A stretch of 32,000 nucleotides of DNA from Crocosphaera subtropica ATCC 51142 (lineage in GTDB: Bacteria; Cyanobacteriota; Cyanobacteriia; Cyanobacteriales; Microcystaceae), in NCBI RefSeq assembly GCF_000017845.1, contig NC_010546.1:3270001-3302000 (forward strand), read 5' to 3'. The notes under the pieces are model-generated. The model worked only from the letters and a program-made list of their open reading frames with translations, was not told the origin of the DNA and made no database searches. Both the position numbers and the translations under genes were made by a program. The stretch's first letter is position 1, and every line of letters begins with the position of its first letter. Positions 23,597 to 32,000 of this stretch are shown piece by piece.

Positions 23597-25504
23597 ATGG
23601 TCAAAACTCCTGTTTCACCTACCCGCAAAGTTTCCAAACTAGAAAACATTAAAGAACGTAGCAACTTCTTAAGAGAGCCGTTAAAAACCGAATTATTAGA
23701 AGATAGTACCCATTTTAGCCAAGATGCGGTTCAAATACTCAAGTTTCATGGATCTTATCAACAAGATAACCGAGATAACCGAGTCAAAGGACAAGAAAAA
23801 GATTATCAAATGATGTTGCGGACCCGTAACCCTGGGGGCTTTATTCCCGCGCAACTTTACTCAACCTTGGATCGCCTCAGTGATGAATATGGTAACCAAA
23901 CCTTACGAGTTACCACCCGACAAGGGTTTCAACTGCATGGCATTTTAAAGAAAAATTTAAAATCAGCGATCGCTTCTATTGTCAAGAGCATGGGATCAAC
24001 CCTAGGAGCCTGTGGGGATCTTAACCGTAACGTCATGGCACCGGCAGCCCCTTATAAAAATCGCCCTGACTACCAATATGCTTGGGAATACGCTGATAAA
24101 ATCGCCGATCTCCTACGACCCCAAACCAACGCCTATTACGAAATCTGGTTAGATGGGGAAAAAGCCATTAGCGTCGAAGAAGATCCCGAAGTGGTGGCAG
24201 CCCGTCAACGGAACGGCAATGGAACTATCGTCAAAGATAGCGAAGAACCCCTCTATGGGCAACATTATATGCCCCGTAAATTTAAGTGTAGCGTCACTGT
24301 ACCAGGGGATAACTCCATCGATCTCTACACCCATGATGTGAGTTTAGTAGTCATCACCGATGATAATGGGGAATTACTGGGGTTTAACGTCCTCACCGGC
24401 GGTGGAATGGGGCGAACCCACAACAAAGAAGAAACCTTCGCTAGATTAGCCGATCCCCTGGGCTATGTGGCGAAAGAAGATGTGTTTGATTTGATGAAAG
24501 CCATCTTAGCCACCCAACGGGACTACGGCGATCGCATTCAACGCCGTCACGCCCGTATGAAGTATCTGATCGCAGATTGGGGGATCGATAAATTTAGAGG
24601 GAAGGTAGAAGAGTATTTAGGGAAAGCCCTAGAACCCTTTAAACCCCTTCCAGAGTGGAAATATGAAGATTATCTGGGTTGGCACGAACAGGGAGACGGT
24701 AAGCTCTTTTTAGGCCTCTCTATTGAAAATGGCCGAGTCAAAGATGAGGGGAGTTTTCAGTTAAAAACCGCTTTGAAAAAGATTACGGATGAATACGCCC
24801 TACCCATGCGTCTGACGGCTAATCATAACCTTATTTTCTATGAGATTGACCCTGAACATAGAGCCAGCATCGACAATATTTTAGTTCACTGTGGCATTGT
24901 CAGTGATCCTGAGAAAATTGACACTTTAACCCGTTATTCTATGGCTTGTCCCGCTTTACCCACCTGTGGATTAGCCATCACCGAATCAGAACGGGCTTTA
25001 CCAGGGATTTTAGAACGGATTCGAGGGGTATTACATCATGTGGGGTTAGGCTCACAAACAATCGTCATCCGAATGACTGGATGTCCTAACGGTTGCGCCC
25101 GTCCCTACATGGCCGAATTAGGATTTGTCGGCAGCGCACCCGGAATGTATCAAATTTGGTTAGGGGGCGATCCCCACCAAACCCAACTGGCTCAACCCTA
25201 CATCGAGAAATTACCAGAAAAAGACATTGAGAGCTTCCTAGAACCCTTGTTTGTTTACTATAAGGAAGAGAAAATCCATAAGGAGAGTTTTGGGCAATTT
25301 TGTCAAAGGGTGGGGTTTGATGCTCTGAAAACCTTCTCTGAAAGCTATAGCCCGAAAAAACGTCGCCGTGTACGGAAAAATCAACACCGAGTCAGTGTCC
25401 CTGATGCCATGTTTGCCCGTCTCAAACAAGCCTCCCAGGACGAAAACCGACCCATGAATCATATTGTGCAACAAGCATTAGAAGCCTATTTTGCTGAGGA
25501 GTAA
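23597..25504 (+). CDS. sir: Assimilatory ferredoxin-sulfite reductase
   Basis: 635-aa ORF with SiR-type motifs: [17 protein letters not shown] and the siroheme/4Fe-4S Cys ligands ([12 protein letters not shown].. [10 protein letters not shown]). The C-terminal ~50 aa form a basic, RHH-like tail. Confidence 0.9.
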   Translation: MVKTPVSPTRKVSKLENIKERSNFLREPLKTELLEDSTHFSQDAVQILKFHGSYQQDNRDNRVKGQEKDYQMMLRTRNPGGFIPAQLYSTLDRLSDEYGNQTLRVTTRQGFQLHGILKKNLKSAIASIVKSMGSTLGACGDLNRNVMAPAAPYKNRPDYQYAWEYADKIADLLRPQTNAYYEIWLDGEKAISVEEDPEVVAARQRNGNGTIVKDSEEPLYGQHYMPRKFKCSVTVPGDNSIDLYTHDVSLVVITDDNGELLGFNVLTGGGMGRTHNKEETFARLADPLGYVAKEDVFDLMKAILATQRDYGDRIQRRHARMKYLIADWGIDKFRGKVEEYLGKALEPFKPLPEWKYEDYLGWHEQGDGKLFLGLSIENGRVKDEGSFQLKTALKKITDEYALPMRLTANHNLIFYEIDPEHRASIDNILVHCGIVSDPEKIDTLTRYSMACPALPTCGLAITESERALPGILERIRGVLHHVGLGSQTIVIRMTGCPNGCARPYMAELGFVGSAPGMYQIWLGGDPHQTQLAQPYIEKLPEKDIESFLEPLFVYYKEEKIHKESFGQFCQRVGFDALKTFSESYSPKKRRRVRKNQHRVSVPDAMFARLKQASQDENRPMNHIVQQALEAYFAEE

Positions 25505-25510
25505 ACAGGC

Positions 25511-25555
25511 AATGATCAGGAGTGACTTGAGTAGAGTCATTGCTCAGTGATCATT
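25511..25555 (+). terminator. Imperfect compound hairpin downstream of sir
   Basis: AATGATCA (25511-25518) pairs with TGATCATT (25548-25555). An inner pair TGACT (25523-25527) / AGTCA (25535-25539) lies between them. No U-tract follows, so function is uncertain. Confidence 0.3.
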
Positions 25556-25588
25556 CAATTAAGACTTATTCCTTAACCTGGGGGGAAT

Positions 25589-27007
25589 ATGGCTAGATAT
25601 CCCGACTTTTCACAGTATCACTACCACATTGAGCAAGTCTTAGGAAAAAATACGATGGGAGGAAGGGTTACCTATTTAGCCTCCCATCTTCATAACCAAA
25701 AAACCGTAGTGATCAAACAATACCAATTCGCCAAAATGGGCAATTGGAATAGTTACCGCGCCCATCAATCAGAAATTAAAGTCCTGCGATCGCTCAATCT
25801 AGCTAGTATTCCCCGCTATCTTGACTCCTTTGAAACCCCTAACGGTTTTTGTTTAGTTCAAGAATATAAACAAGCACAGTCTCTAGAGCAAGTTAAAGAG
25901 TTAACCCCCCCAGAAATTAAACAAGTTGCCCTCAATGTTCTTGAAATCCTCATTTATCTACAAAAACAGAATCCTCCCATTATTCATGGGGATATCAAAC
26001 CTGATAACATCTTAATTGATCAAAACAATGGGCTAAAAATTTACTTAGTTAACTTTGGGTTGGCCAAAATAGGTAGTTCCGAGTTAGGAATGAGTCGTAC
26101 CCTTCGGGGGACGGTAGGGTTTATGCCCCCTGAAGAAATGTTTAACCATCAATTAACCACCGCTTCTGATCTTTATAGTGTAGGAGCGACAGTGGTTTGT
26201 CTATTAACGAATACTCCCTCCCAAAAGATCAATCAATTAATTGCTCCCCACAGTTATCAACTCCATTATCAACATCTCCTTACCCATATTCATCCTCGTT
26301 TTAGACGATGGTTAAGGAAAATGACAGCCCCCAAACCCAGCGATCGCTTTACCAATGCCCTAACCGCTTACCAAGCTTTAGAACCCTTAAGCATCGAGGG
26401 TAAAGCCACTCTGTTACCTCGTTGGCCAATTCTTCATCAGTATTCTCTCAAATCCCTTGTTTTAGGCATTAGTATTCTTGTAGCCTTGGCGTTAGTAGGG
26501 ATGACGGGGTTTATGTATTGGCAAGGGCGTACTGTCAGATTATTGCTGACCACGAAAGACTGTGAGGGCTGTTATTTACGGCATTTGACCTTACGACAAG
26601 GAAATTTGATGGGGGCTAAGTTAGCTGAAGCTAATCTCAAAGATTCCAACCTTAAGCATTCTAACCTGGCAAACGCTGACTTAAGGGGAGTCAATCTCAG
26701 CAATGCTTACTTAAAAGGTGTTACCCTAACAGGAGCGAATTTACAAGGGGCTATTTTGCGAGGGGTTAATCTCATGGAAGCTAACTTACAAGGAGCCAAC
26801 CTCGAAGGAGCGAATTTAGAAGGAGCTATTTTAAATGAGGCAAATTTAACCCAAACTAATTTTAAATTTGCTAACTTACTTAATGCTAAACTAAAAGACA
26901 CACGACTGATTAAAAGTAACTTAGAAGGAGCCAATTTAGGGGGTGCCAATATGGAAGGGGCTAACCTAGAAAAAGCCATTTTACCTGATGGTCGCCTTTC
27001 TCAGTAG
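25589..27007 (+). CDS. Membrane Ser/Thr protein kinase-like protein with C-terminal pentapeptide-repeat domain
   Basis: 472-aa ORF. Hanks-type kinase landmarks are the Gly-loop GKNTMGG, VVIK (K43), the catalytic loop HGDIKPDN, NFG at the DFG position (N155) and MPPE. One TM helix spans aa ~286-310. About 28 A(D/N)LxG-type pentapeptides span aa ~325-468. Confidence 0.85.
   Translation: MARYPDFSQYHYHIEQVLGKNTMGGRVTYLASHLHNQKTVVIKQYQFAKMGNWNSYRAHQSEIKVLRSLNLASIPRYLDSFETPNGFCLVQEYKQAQSLEQVKELTPPEIKQVALNVLEILIYLQKQNPPIIHGDIKPDNILIDQNNGLKIYLVNFGLAKIGSSELGMSRTLRGTVGFMPPEEMFNHQLTTASDLYSVGATVVCLLTNTPSQKINQLIAPHSYQLHYQHLLTHIHPRFRRWLRKMTAPKPSDRFTNALTAYQALEPLSIEGKATLLPRWPILHQYSLKSLVLGISILVALALVGMTGFMYWQGRTVRLLLTTKDCEGCYLRHLTLRQGNLMGAKLAEANLKDSNLKHSNLANADLRGVNLSNAYLKGVTLTGANLQGAILRGVNLMEANLQGANLEGANLEGAILNEANLTQTNFKFANLLNAKLKDTRLIKSNLEGANLGGANMEGANLEKAILPDGRLSQ
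26561..26992 (+). repeat. Pentapeptide-repeat coding tract (about 28 consecutive A(D/N)LxG-type units)
   Basis: Visible 15-nt periodicity (..GGAGCCAACCTCGAAGGAGCGAATTTAGAAGGAGCT..) and the protein repeats ANLQGANLEGANLEGAIL. The tract creates a spurious long antisense ORF (26707-26979). Confidence 0.9.
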
Positions 27008-27071
27008 TCTCTAAATTTAGCTTCTCCTGACATGGTTTCTGCTGATGTAAACATTAATTAGAGGTAAAGCA

Positions 27072-27254
27072 ATGACTGATTTAGGTAAAGTTTTAGTTTT
27101 CATGGCTATGGGAGTTGTGATTGCTAAGTTCGTGGCTTCTTTCTTTGGAAAAGGTAATATTCCTTGGCTCAATAAATTGGTTACTATTATTTTATGTTTG
27201 TTTATTGGTTTTGAGGTGTATCAAATTGGTAAATTACTAATCAATCAACCATAG
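27072..27254 (+). CDS. Small two-helix membrane protein
   Basis: 60-aa ORF with a GAGG ~8 nt upstream. It has two hydrophobic helices and is the first gene of a tightly spaced + strand cluster. Confidence 0.4.
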   Translation: MTDLGKVLVFMAMGVVIAKFVASFFGKGNIPWLNKLVTIILCLFIGFEVYQIGKLLINQP

Positions 27255-27271
27255 ATATTCGAGGAAAAATT

Positions 27272-28291
27272 ATGGTACCTCAAGGAATTTATACCCTAGC
27301 CAATGATGTGGTTTACGATCAATTGGTAGCATTACTCAATAGTATTGAAGTCAATGTCAGTTCCTCCCTCCCTATTTGTATCATTCCCTATGATAATCGT
27401 TTAGATAAAGTCAAAACAGAGATCAAAAATCGACCGAATTTGAGTCTATTTGAGAATCAAGAATCCATTGACAGATGGGAAAAGTTTGCTCATAAAGTTT
27501 GGGAAGCTCATCCAAGAAATCAAGAAAGCAAAGCCAGTCGTCCAAGATGGTATAAGGGACATTTACATCGTAAATTTGTGGCGTTTGATGGTGAGTTTGA
27601 TCCCTTTATTTTTTATGAAGCTGATAATTTGGCTATGAAACCCATTGACGATGTTTTGAAGAAATTAGAAGACTATGATTTTGTCTTTGATGACTGGGAA
27701 CATCGTAAACCCACAGAAAACGCAGCCCTAAATATTCCTATTATAGAAGCCAGTGGTTGCTATACAGAAGAACAAGTTAGACCTAAAATTCATGATGCCA
27801 GTTTTTTTGGCTCGAAAAAAGGGTTATTCCCCCCCCAAGAATTAGCAGAATTAGAAGATAAATTAATTAAGCAAAGAGAGGTTGAATGGATTAATCGAAT
27901 TGGCTGGTGGGATGATGTTTTTCTCTATAACTATCTAACTTTACGGTGCGAACGACCAATTTACAATTTTACCCAGAGTCCCAATGGACAAGATAGAACA
28001 GGAAATTGTGCCGATGCTGATCCTTTTGTCAGTATTGATAATGTCCTTTATAATGAGCAAGGATTAAAGCCCATTCATCGTATCCATTATATGAATTATT
28101 CTTCGGGATCTTTTGCTCGTTTATGTCAAGGAGAAGATGCAGATATTAACTATAAAGATACTTTTTTATATTATCGTTTTTTGAAAAATCCCGACCAAAA
28201 ACCTAGTCAATTAATTCCGCCTAGTTCCCTGACGAAAGCAACTAGAAAACTGCAAGGAATTATGGGAAAAATTAAGCGCACCATCTCTTAA
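27272..28291 (+). CDS. Conserved hypothetical protein, possibly nucleotide-diphospho-sugar transferase (GT8-like) fold
   Basis: 339-aa ORF starting 17 nt after the previous gene. The N-terminal IYTLANDVVYDQLVALLNSI..ICIIPYD and the later FIFYEADNLAM resemble GT-A/GT8 landmarks. Family assignment is tentative. Confidence 0.55.
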   Translation: MVPQGIYTLANDVVYDQLVALLNSIEVNVSSSLPICIIPYDNRLDKVKTEIKNRPNLSLFENQESIDRWEKFAHKVWEAHPRNQESKASRPRWYKGHLHRKFVAFDGEFDPFIFYEADNLAMKPIDDVLKKLEDYDFVFDDWEHRKPTENAALNIPIIEASGCYTEEQVRPKIHDASFFGSKKGLFPPQELAELEDKLIKQREVEWINRIGWWDDVFLYNYLTLRCERPIYNFTQSPNGQDRTGNCADADPFVSIDNVLYNEQGLKPIHRIHYMNYSSGSFARLCQGEDADINYKDTFLYYRFLKNPDQKPSQLIPPSSLTKATRKLQGIMGKIKRTIS

Positions 28292-28297
28292 AATATT

Positions 28298-29287
28298 ATG
28301 GTTAAAGTCAGTGTTTGTATTCCCACTTATAACCGTTCCCATTACCTTACCTATGCGGTTAATAGTGTTCTTAATCAAACCTATACCGATTTTGAATTAA
28401 TTATCTGTGACGACGGTTCTCCTGATAATACCTCTGAAGTCGTTGCAGGATTTGAAGACAGACGAATTCATTATATTCGTCATGAGAAAAATATGGGAAG
28501 AAGTCGCAATATGCGATCGGGGTTTGAAGCATCTAAAGGAGACTATTTTATTAAGTTTGACGATGATGATGCCTTAACCCCAGAATTTCTAGAAAAAACA
28601 GTCAATATATTAGATAAAAATCCTCAAGTTGATTTTGTTTGTACTAACCATTGGGTGATTGATAAAGATAGCAAAAGGGTAGAGTCTGCCACCAAAGATA
28701 ATGCAGTACGTTGGGGTAAAGATAAACTTGAAGAAGGCATTATTCACGACTTAGATTGGCAAACCTTTTATTATCAAAGTTTACAAGTAGGATCAACATT
28801 ATTCCGTTTTTCTTGTTTAAAAGAAGTGGATTATATGGACCCAAAAGCAGACGGGTGTGAAGACTTTGACTTATTAGTTAGACTTGCATTAATTGGGAAA
28901 GTCAGCTATTTTTTACCCGACTATTTAATGGAATATCGTTTCCACGGAGGACAAACCAGTTTAGGACAAAATTTACACTTTTTACAGGCTAAATTATATT
29001 GTATTGAAAATTATAACTTTCAGAATCAAGCCTTAGAAAAACAACGTAAAATAAAATTAGCTCAAACCCAACAAGACTTAGGACTGAGATTAATTGAACA
29101 AGGAAAAACCCAACAAGGAAGAGAACTATTAAACTCATCAAAACAGGTTTTAGGAGTCTCAAAAAGAACTAATTTAGGGTTATTAATGTCCTATTTACCC
29201 CTTAAGTTACGGCAACTAATTTTAAAACAATTTCGTCAATGGAAACCAAAGGATTATACTGAAAAAGTACGCTCACAAACCAATTAG
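28298..29287 (+). CDS. Family 2 glycosyltransferase
   Basis: 329-aa ORF. VSVCIPTYNRSHYLTYAVNSVLNQTYTDFELIICDDGSPD and FDDDD match the GT2 signature. It starts 6 nt after the upstream gene. Confidence 0.85.
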   Translation: MVKVSVCIPTYNRSHYLTYAVNSVLNQTYTDFELIICDDGSPDNTSEVVAGFEDRRIHYIRHEKNMGRSRNMRSGFEASKGDYFIKFDDDDALTPEFLEKTVNILDKNPQVDFVCTNHWVIDKDSKRVESATKDNAVRWGKDKLEEGIIHDLDWQTFYYQSLQVGSTLFRFSCLKEVDYMDPKADGCEDFDLLVRLALIGKVSYFLPDYLMEYRFHGGQTSLGQNLHFLQAKLYCIENYNFQNQALEKQRKIKLAQTQQDLGLRLIEQGKTQQGRELLNSSKQVLGVSKRTNLGLLMSYLPLKLRQLILKQFRQWKPKDYTEKVRSQTN

Positions 29288-29298
29288 GATTATTTAAA

Positions 29299-30255
29299 AT
29301 GGGATTATTAATTGATGGGGTTTGGCACGATCAATGGTACGATACAAAAAGTACAGGAGGGCGTTTTGTTCGCCAACAATCTCAATTTCGTCATTGGATA
29401 ACCCAAGAGGGAAAAGAGGGATTTAAAGCCGAAGAAAACCGTTATCATTTATATGTTTCCTATGCTTGTCCTTGGGCCCACAGAACTTTAATTTTTCGGG
29501 CAATTAAAGGACTCGAAGCCATGATTTCTATCTCAGTTGTCCACTGGTTTATGGGGGAATATGGTTGGACATTTGAACCCGGAGAAGGGGTGATTTTTGA
29601 TCCCATTCATGAAGCTAACTATTTATATGAAGTTTATACCAAAGCGGATGAAAACTATACAGGAAGGGTAACGGTTCCTATTTTATGGGACAAGAAAACG
29701 AATACCATTGTTAATAACGAATCTTCTGAAATTATTCGGATGCTTAACAGTGAATTTGATCATCTTGGGGCAAAACCTGGAGATTATTATCCAGAAGCGT
29801 TAAGAGACGAGATTGATCAAGTTAACGACAGAATTTATAATACAGTCAATAATGGGGTTTATAAAGCTGGATTTGCTACTACCCAAGACGCTTACGAAGA
29901 AGCCTTTAACCCCCTCTTTGAAACCTTAGATTGGATAGAAGAAAGACTATCTCATTCACGGTATTTAATGGGGGATCAATTAACAGAGGCAGACTGGCGA
30001 TTATTTACCACTTTAGTGAGATTTGATCCGGTTTATGTGGGACATTTTAAATGTAATAAAAAGCGTATTGCTGACTATCCTAATTTATGGGGATATGTCA
30101 GAGAATTATATCAATTCCCCAAAGTAGCAGAAACGGTTAATTTTAAGCATATTAAAGGACATTATTATCAGAGTCATAAAACCATTAATCCCACAGGGGT
30201 TGTTCCTGTGGGACCCGATATTGATTTTAACTATCCTCATGGAAGGGCAGTTTAA
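29299..30255 (+). CDS. Xi-class glutathione S-transferase / glutathionyl-hydroquinone reductase (YqjG/ECM4-like)
   Basis: 318-aa ORF. YHLYVSYACPWAHRTLIFR carries the CPWA active site. VPILWD and NGVYKAGFA are typical of the family. Confidence 0.85.
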   Translation: MGLLIDGVWHDQWYDTKSTGGRFVRQQSQFRHWITQEGKEGFKAEENRYHLYVSYACPWAHRTLIFRAIKGLEAMISISVVHWFMGEYGWTFEPGEGVIFDPIHEANYLYEVYTKADENYTGRVTVPILWDKKTNTIVNNESSEIIRMLNSEFDHLGAKPGDYYPEALRDEIDQVNDRIYNTVNNGVYKAGFATTQDAYEEAFNPLFETLDWIEERLSHSRYLMGDQLTEADWRLFTTLVRFDPVYVGHFKCNKKRIADYPNLWGYVRELYQFPKVAETVNFKHIKGHYYQSHKTINPTGVVPVGPDIDFNYPHGRAV

Positions 30256-30412
30256 TACCAAATCCGCTTATCATCGTAGAGTAATCTTCTTTCTCCCTCT
30301 GCCTTCTCAAGATGATTATTTACTGTCTAAAGCGGATCTAGCATAACTCATATCTTGCACCTTAGTCATCAGCTATATTTCTATAATACTGAACGCTAAA
30401 TAACGTTTGATT

Positions 30413-31330
30413 TTAATGCCATTGCTTTAATAAATATTGATGAAACTCATGGGTATCAACTTCACTCATGGCTAAAATTTTTCGTCCTTGTTCCACTACT
30501 TTAATTCTTCCTTGAGAACGTCCTGTTGTTATTACTTTTGTTTCCCATTCTTGGAGAGAAAATAAATCAGGACGATGTAGATAAGATGTGGCTAAAACAT
30601 CCCAACAATAATAGTCTTGGGGTATGGCTAAAGCATAGCAAAGTCCGGCTAAATCTGAGAGTTGATAATGTCTTTGTTTCGCTAATTTTCGTATGAACTC
30701 AGGGGTTACAGGAACTTGATTAGTAATATCTAAAGAACAAACAATCAGAGGAATATTTGTTTGCCAAACCCTCTCAACGGCGATCGCATCCCAATAAGCA
30801 TTCCATTCTGCGCTACCATCATGTTCAGGGGCAAATTCTTTCTCAACGTTCCCTGGAACATTTAATGCGCCGCCCATCCAGACAATTTCTTTAATTTTTT
30901 CTTCAATGGAAGGATCGATGGCTAAAGCTGCAGCAACAGTCGTTAACGGTCCTGTTACCATTAAGGTAACAGGTTGAGAAACCCTCTGCAATGTTTCCAC
31001 CATAAACTGTTGTCCTGTTTGGGAAACTAAAGGGGTTTTGATAGTGTCTTCTTGATTAAGAATAGGAAAATTATCCATAATCAAAGAATCACGACGATAT
31101 AAGGCTGGAAAGGGATGGATGCCTCTTACGGTACTTTCTGCAACTGGAATATGATGACATCCCATCAAATCAAGTAGTTTTCGAGTTACATTCAAGGCTG
31201 CGTTAATATAACAATCAGCAGGGGTGACAATAATGCCTAAAACCTCAACATCGGGCATTGTCATCAATAAAAGAGTAGCTAAAATATCATCGATTGCCCC
31301 ATCGTGATCTAATAAAACTAATTTAGACAT
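30413..31330 (-). CDS. Inosine-uridine-preferring nucleoside hydrolase family protein
   Basis: 305-aa ORF. The N-terminal LLDHDGAIDD is the DxDxxxDD Ca-binding fingerprint of IU-nucleoside hydrolases. Confidence 0.85.
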   Translation of the reverse strand: MSKLVLLDHDGAIDDILATLLLMTMPDVEVLGIIVTPADCYINAALNVTRKLLDLMGCHHIPVAESTVRGIHPFPALYRRDSLIMDNFPILNQEDTIKTPLVSQTGQQFMVETLQRVSQPVTLMVTGPLTTVAAALAIDPSIEEKIKEIVWMGGALNVPGNVEKEFAPEHDGSAEWNAYWDAIAVERVWQTNIPLIVCSLDITNQVPVTPEFIRKLAKQRHYQLSDLAGLCYALAIPQDYYCWDVLATSYLHRPDLFSLQEWETKVITTGRSQGRIKVVEQGRKILAMSEVDTHEFHQYLLKQWH

Positions 31331-31344
31331 GATTCGGTTGAATT

Positions 31345-31385
31345 CATTAATTAGAAAAGCGGGTTAGATTTAGATTCCCGCTTTT
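31345..31385 (-). terminator. Terminator after the DUF2949-like gene
   Basis: 9-bp stem AAAAGCGGG (31355-31363) / CCCGCTTTT (31377-31385) with a 13-nt loop. On the minus strand the stem ends in a U-run (..CCCGCUUUUCUAAUU). Confidence 0.55.
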
Positions 31386-31461
31386 ACTAAAGAGTATTGT
31401 AGATAATTGGTTCGGACTATGAATAGTGAATTTGATGAATAACATAGTGAGGTAAAGTAAA

Positions 31462-31686
31462 TTACACTGATGTTTTTTCTAGCCAATCGTAAATTTTATC
31501 CAACTCGTTTAAATCAATTAGACCATATTGCCATAAAAGCATGGGTAACGGACCTCGGGTTTGTTCCATAGACCGTTGGGCAATGGCAATGGAATCATGA
31601 GATAAAGAAAGTTCTTCGTGTAAAAAACGTAAAAACTGTTTATATGTAGTGTGTGACATAGTTATTTTACCTTGTGAATTCGTCAC
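31462..31686 (-). CDS. DUF2949-like small cyanobacterial protein
   Basis: 74-aa ORF from a GTG. The ATG at 31659 (MSHTTYKQF..) is the more likely start. LRFLHEELSLS..IAIAQR....GPLPMLLWQYGLI.L.ELDKIYDWLE resembles the DUF2949 family as I recall it. Confidence 0.6.
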   Translation of the reverse strand: MTNSQGKITMSHTTYKQFLRFLHEELSLSHDSIAIAQRSMEQTRGPLPMLLWQYGLIDLNELDKIYDWLEKTSV

Positions 31687-32000
31687 TGATCACGATCTTG
31701 ATTTCGTCTTAATTAAGGGATTATTTAATTAATTTGGGTAGACGAAAGTCTCCCTTAGAAAAGTAATCTTTTAATCTCCAGGTTTCTAGGAGATGTTTAT
31801 CTCTCTACCCTGTATTTCTTTCTAAGGGGTTTAAGTCATCAGAATAACAACTATTTGACCGAAATCATCCAGTTCTTTTCCTTTTTTTTCTTCACACCAC
31901 TCATCATGACACTGATTGATCTCCGTCAATCAAGTATAGAACTTTCTAGCTTTTGCTATAGAAGTTAGTTCTTCCTTCTATACTATGGGTAGATCGTATT

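Noticed and set aside
26707-26979. 90-aa antisense ORF (..LAPSKLAPS..) inside the kinase gene
   Set aside because: It is the reverse complement of the pentapeptide-repeat tract. The repetitive low-complexity coding sequence keeps the opposite frame open. It has no independent start context, so I treat it as an artefact.
1-32000. Search for CRISPR arrays, tRNA/rRNA genes, intact transposases, integrases, reverse transcriptases or known defence-system genes
   Set aside because: I found no regularly spaced direct repeats, no cloverleaf-like GC-rich 70-90-nt segments in the intergenic regions, and no ORF with those family signatures. The only mobile-element trace is the inactivated IS607-like recombinase.

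Overview
This AT-rich window looks cyanobacterial. I counted at least 17 full copies of the HIP1 octamer GCGATCGC by eye, and the gene content resembles unicellular Cyanothece/Crocosphaera-type genomes (this taxon guess is inference). About 31 supportable CDSs sit on both strands. The anchor is a form-IB RuBisCO operon, rbcL-rbcX-rbcS (10671-12925, minus), which follows a ~690-bp non-coding AT-rich region.

Housekeeping genes:
- prepilin peptidase pilD
- delta-12 desaturase desA
- ferredoxin-sulfite reductase sir
- a plant-type 2Fe-2S ferredoxin
- an MsbA-like ABC exporter
- a LivM/NatC-type permease
- dienelactone hydrolase
- a family-2 glycosyltransferase
- a Xi-class GST
- a nucleoside hydrolase
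- a DUF697 GTPase
- a Crp-family regulator

I saw no rRNA, tRNA, CRISPR array or intact transposase.

The less ordinary content is single genes with unusual architectures, not one obvious multi-gene island:
1. A 568-aa protein with two TM segments and a long coiled coil, ending in a HicA-type mRNA-interferase domain. No hicB is adjacent.
2. An RNB exoribonuclease with no CSD or S1 domains but two C-terminal dsRBD-like modules.
3. A divergent ferrochelatase-family protein with His-rich tracts.
4. A compact RelE/ParE toxin-antitoxin pair.
5. An IS607-type MerR-serine-recombinase homologue with its catalytic residues replaced and no tnpB. It lies between a PEP-CTERM protein gene and pilD.
6. A membrane Ser/Thr kinase with pentapeptide repeats whose DFG Asp reads Asn.
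7. A ribbon-helix-helix-like tail on Sir.
8. A 278-bp convergent intergenic region holding a strong hairpin, a CU-rich tandem repeat and a near-perfect Yfr1 core motif (CUCCUCACAC), which makes it an sRNA candidate.

All functional calls come from motif recognition by eye. None has been checked against a database.
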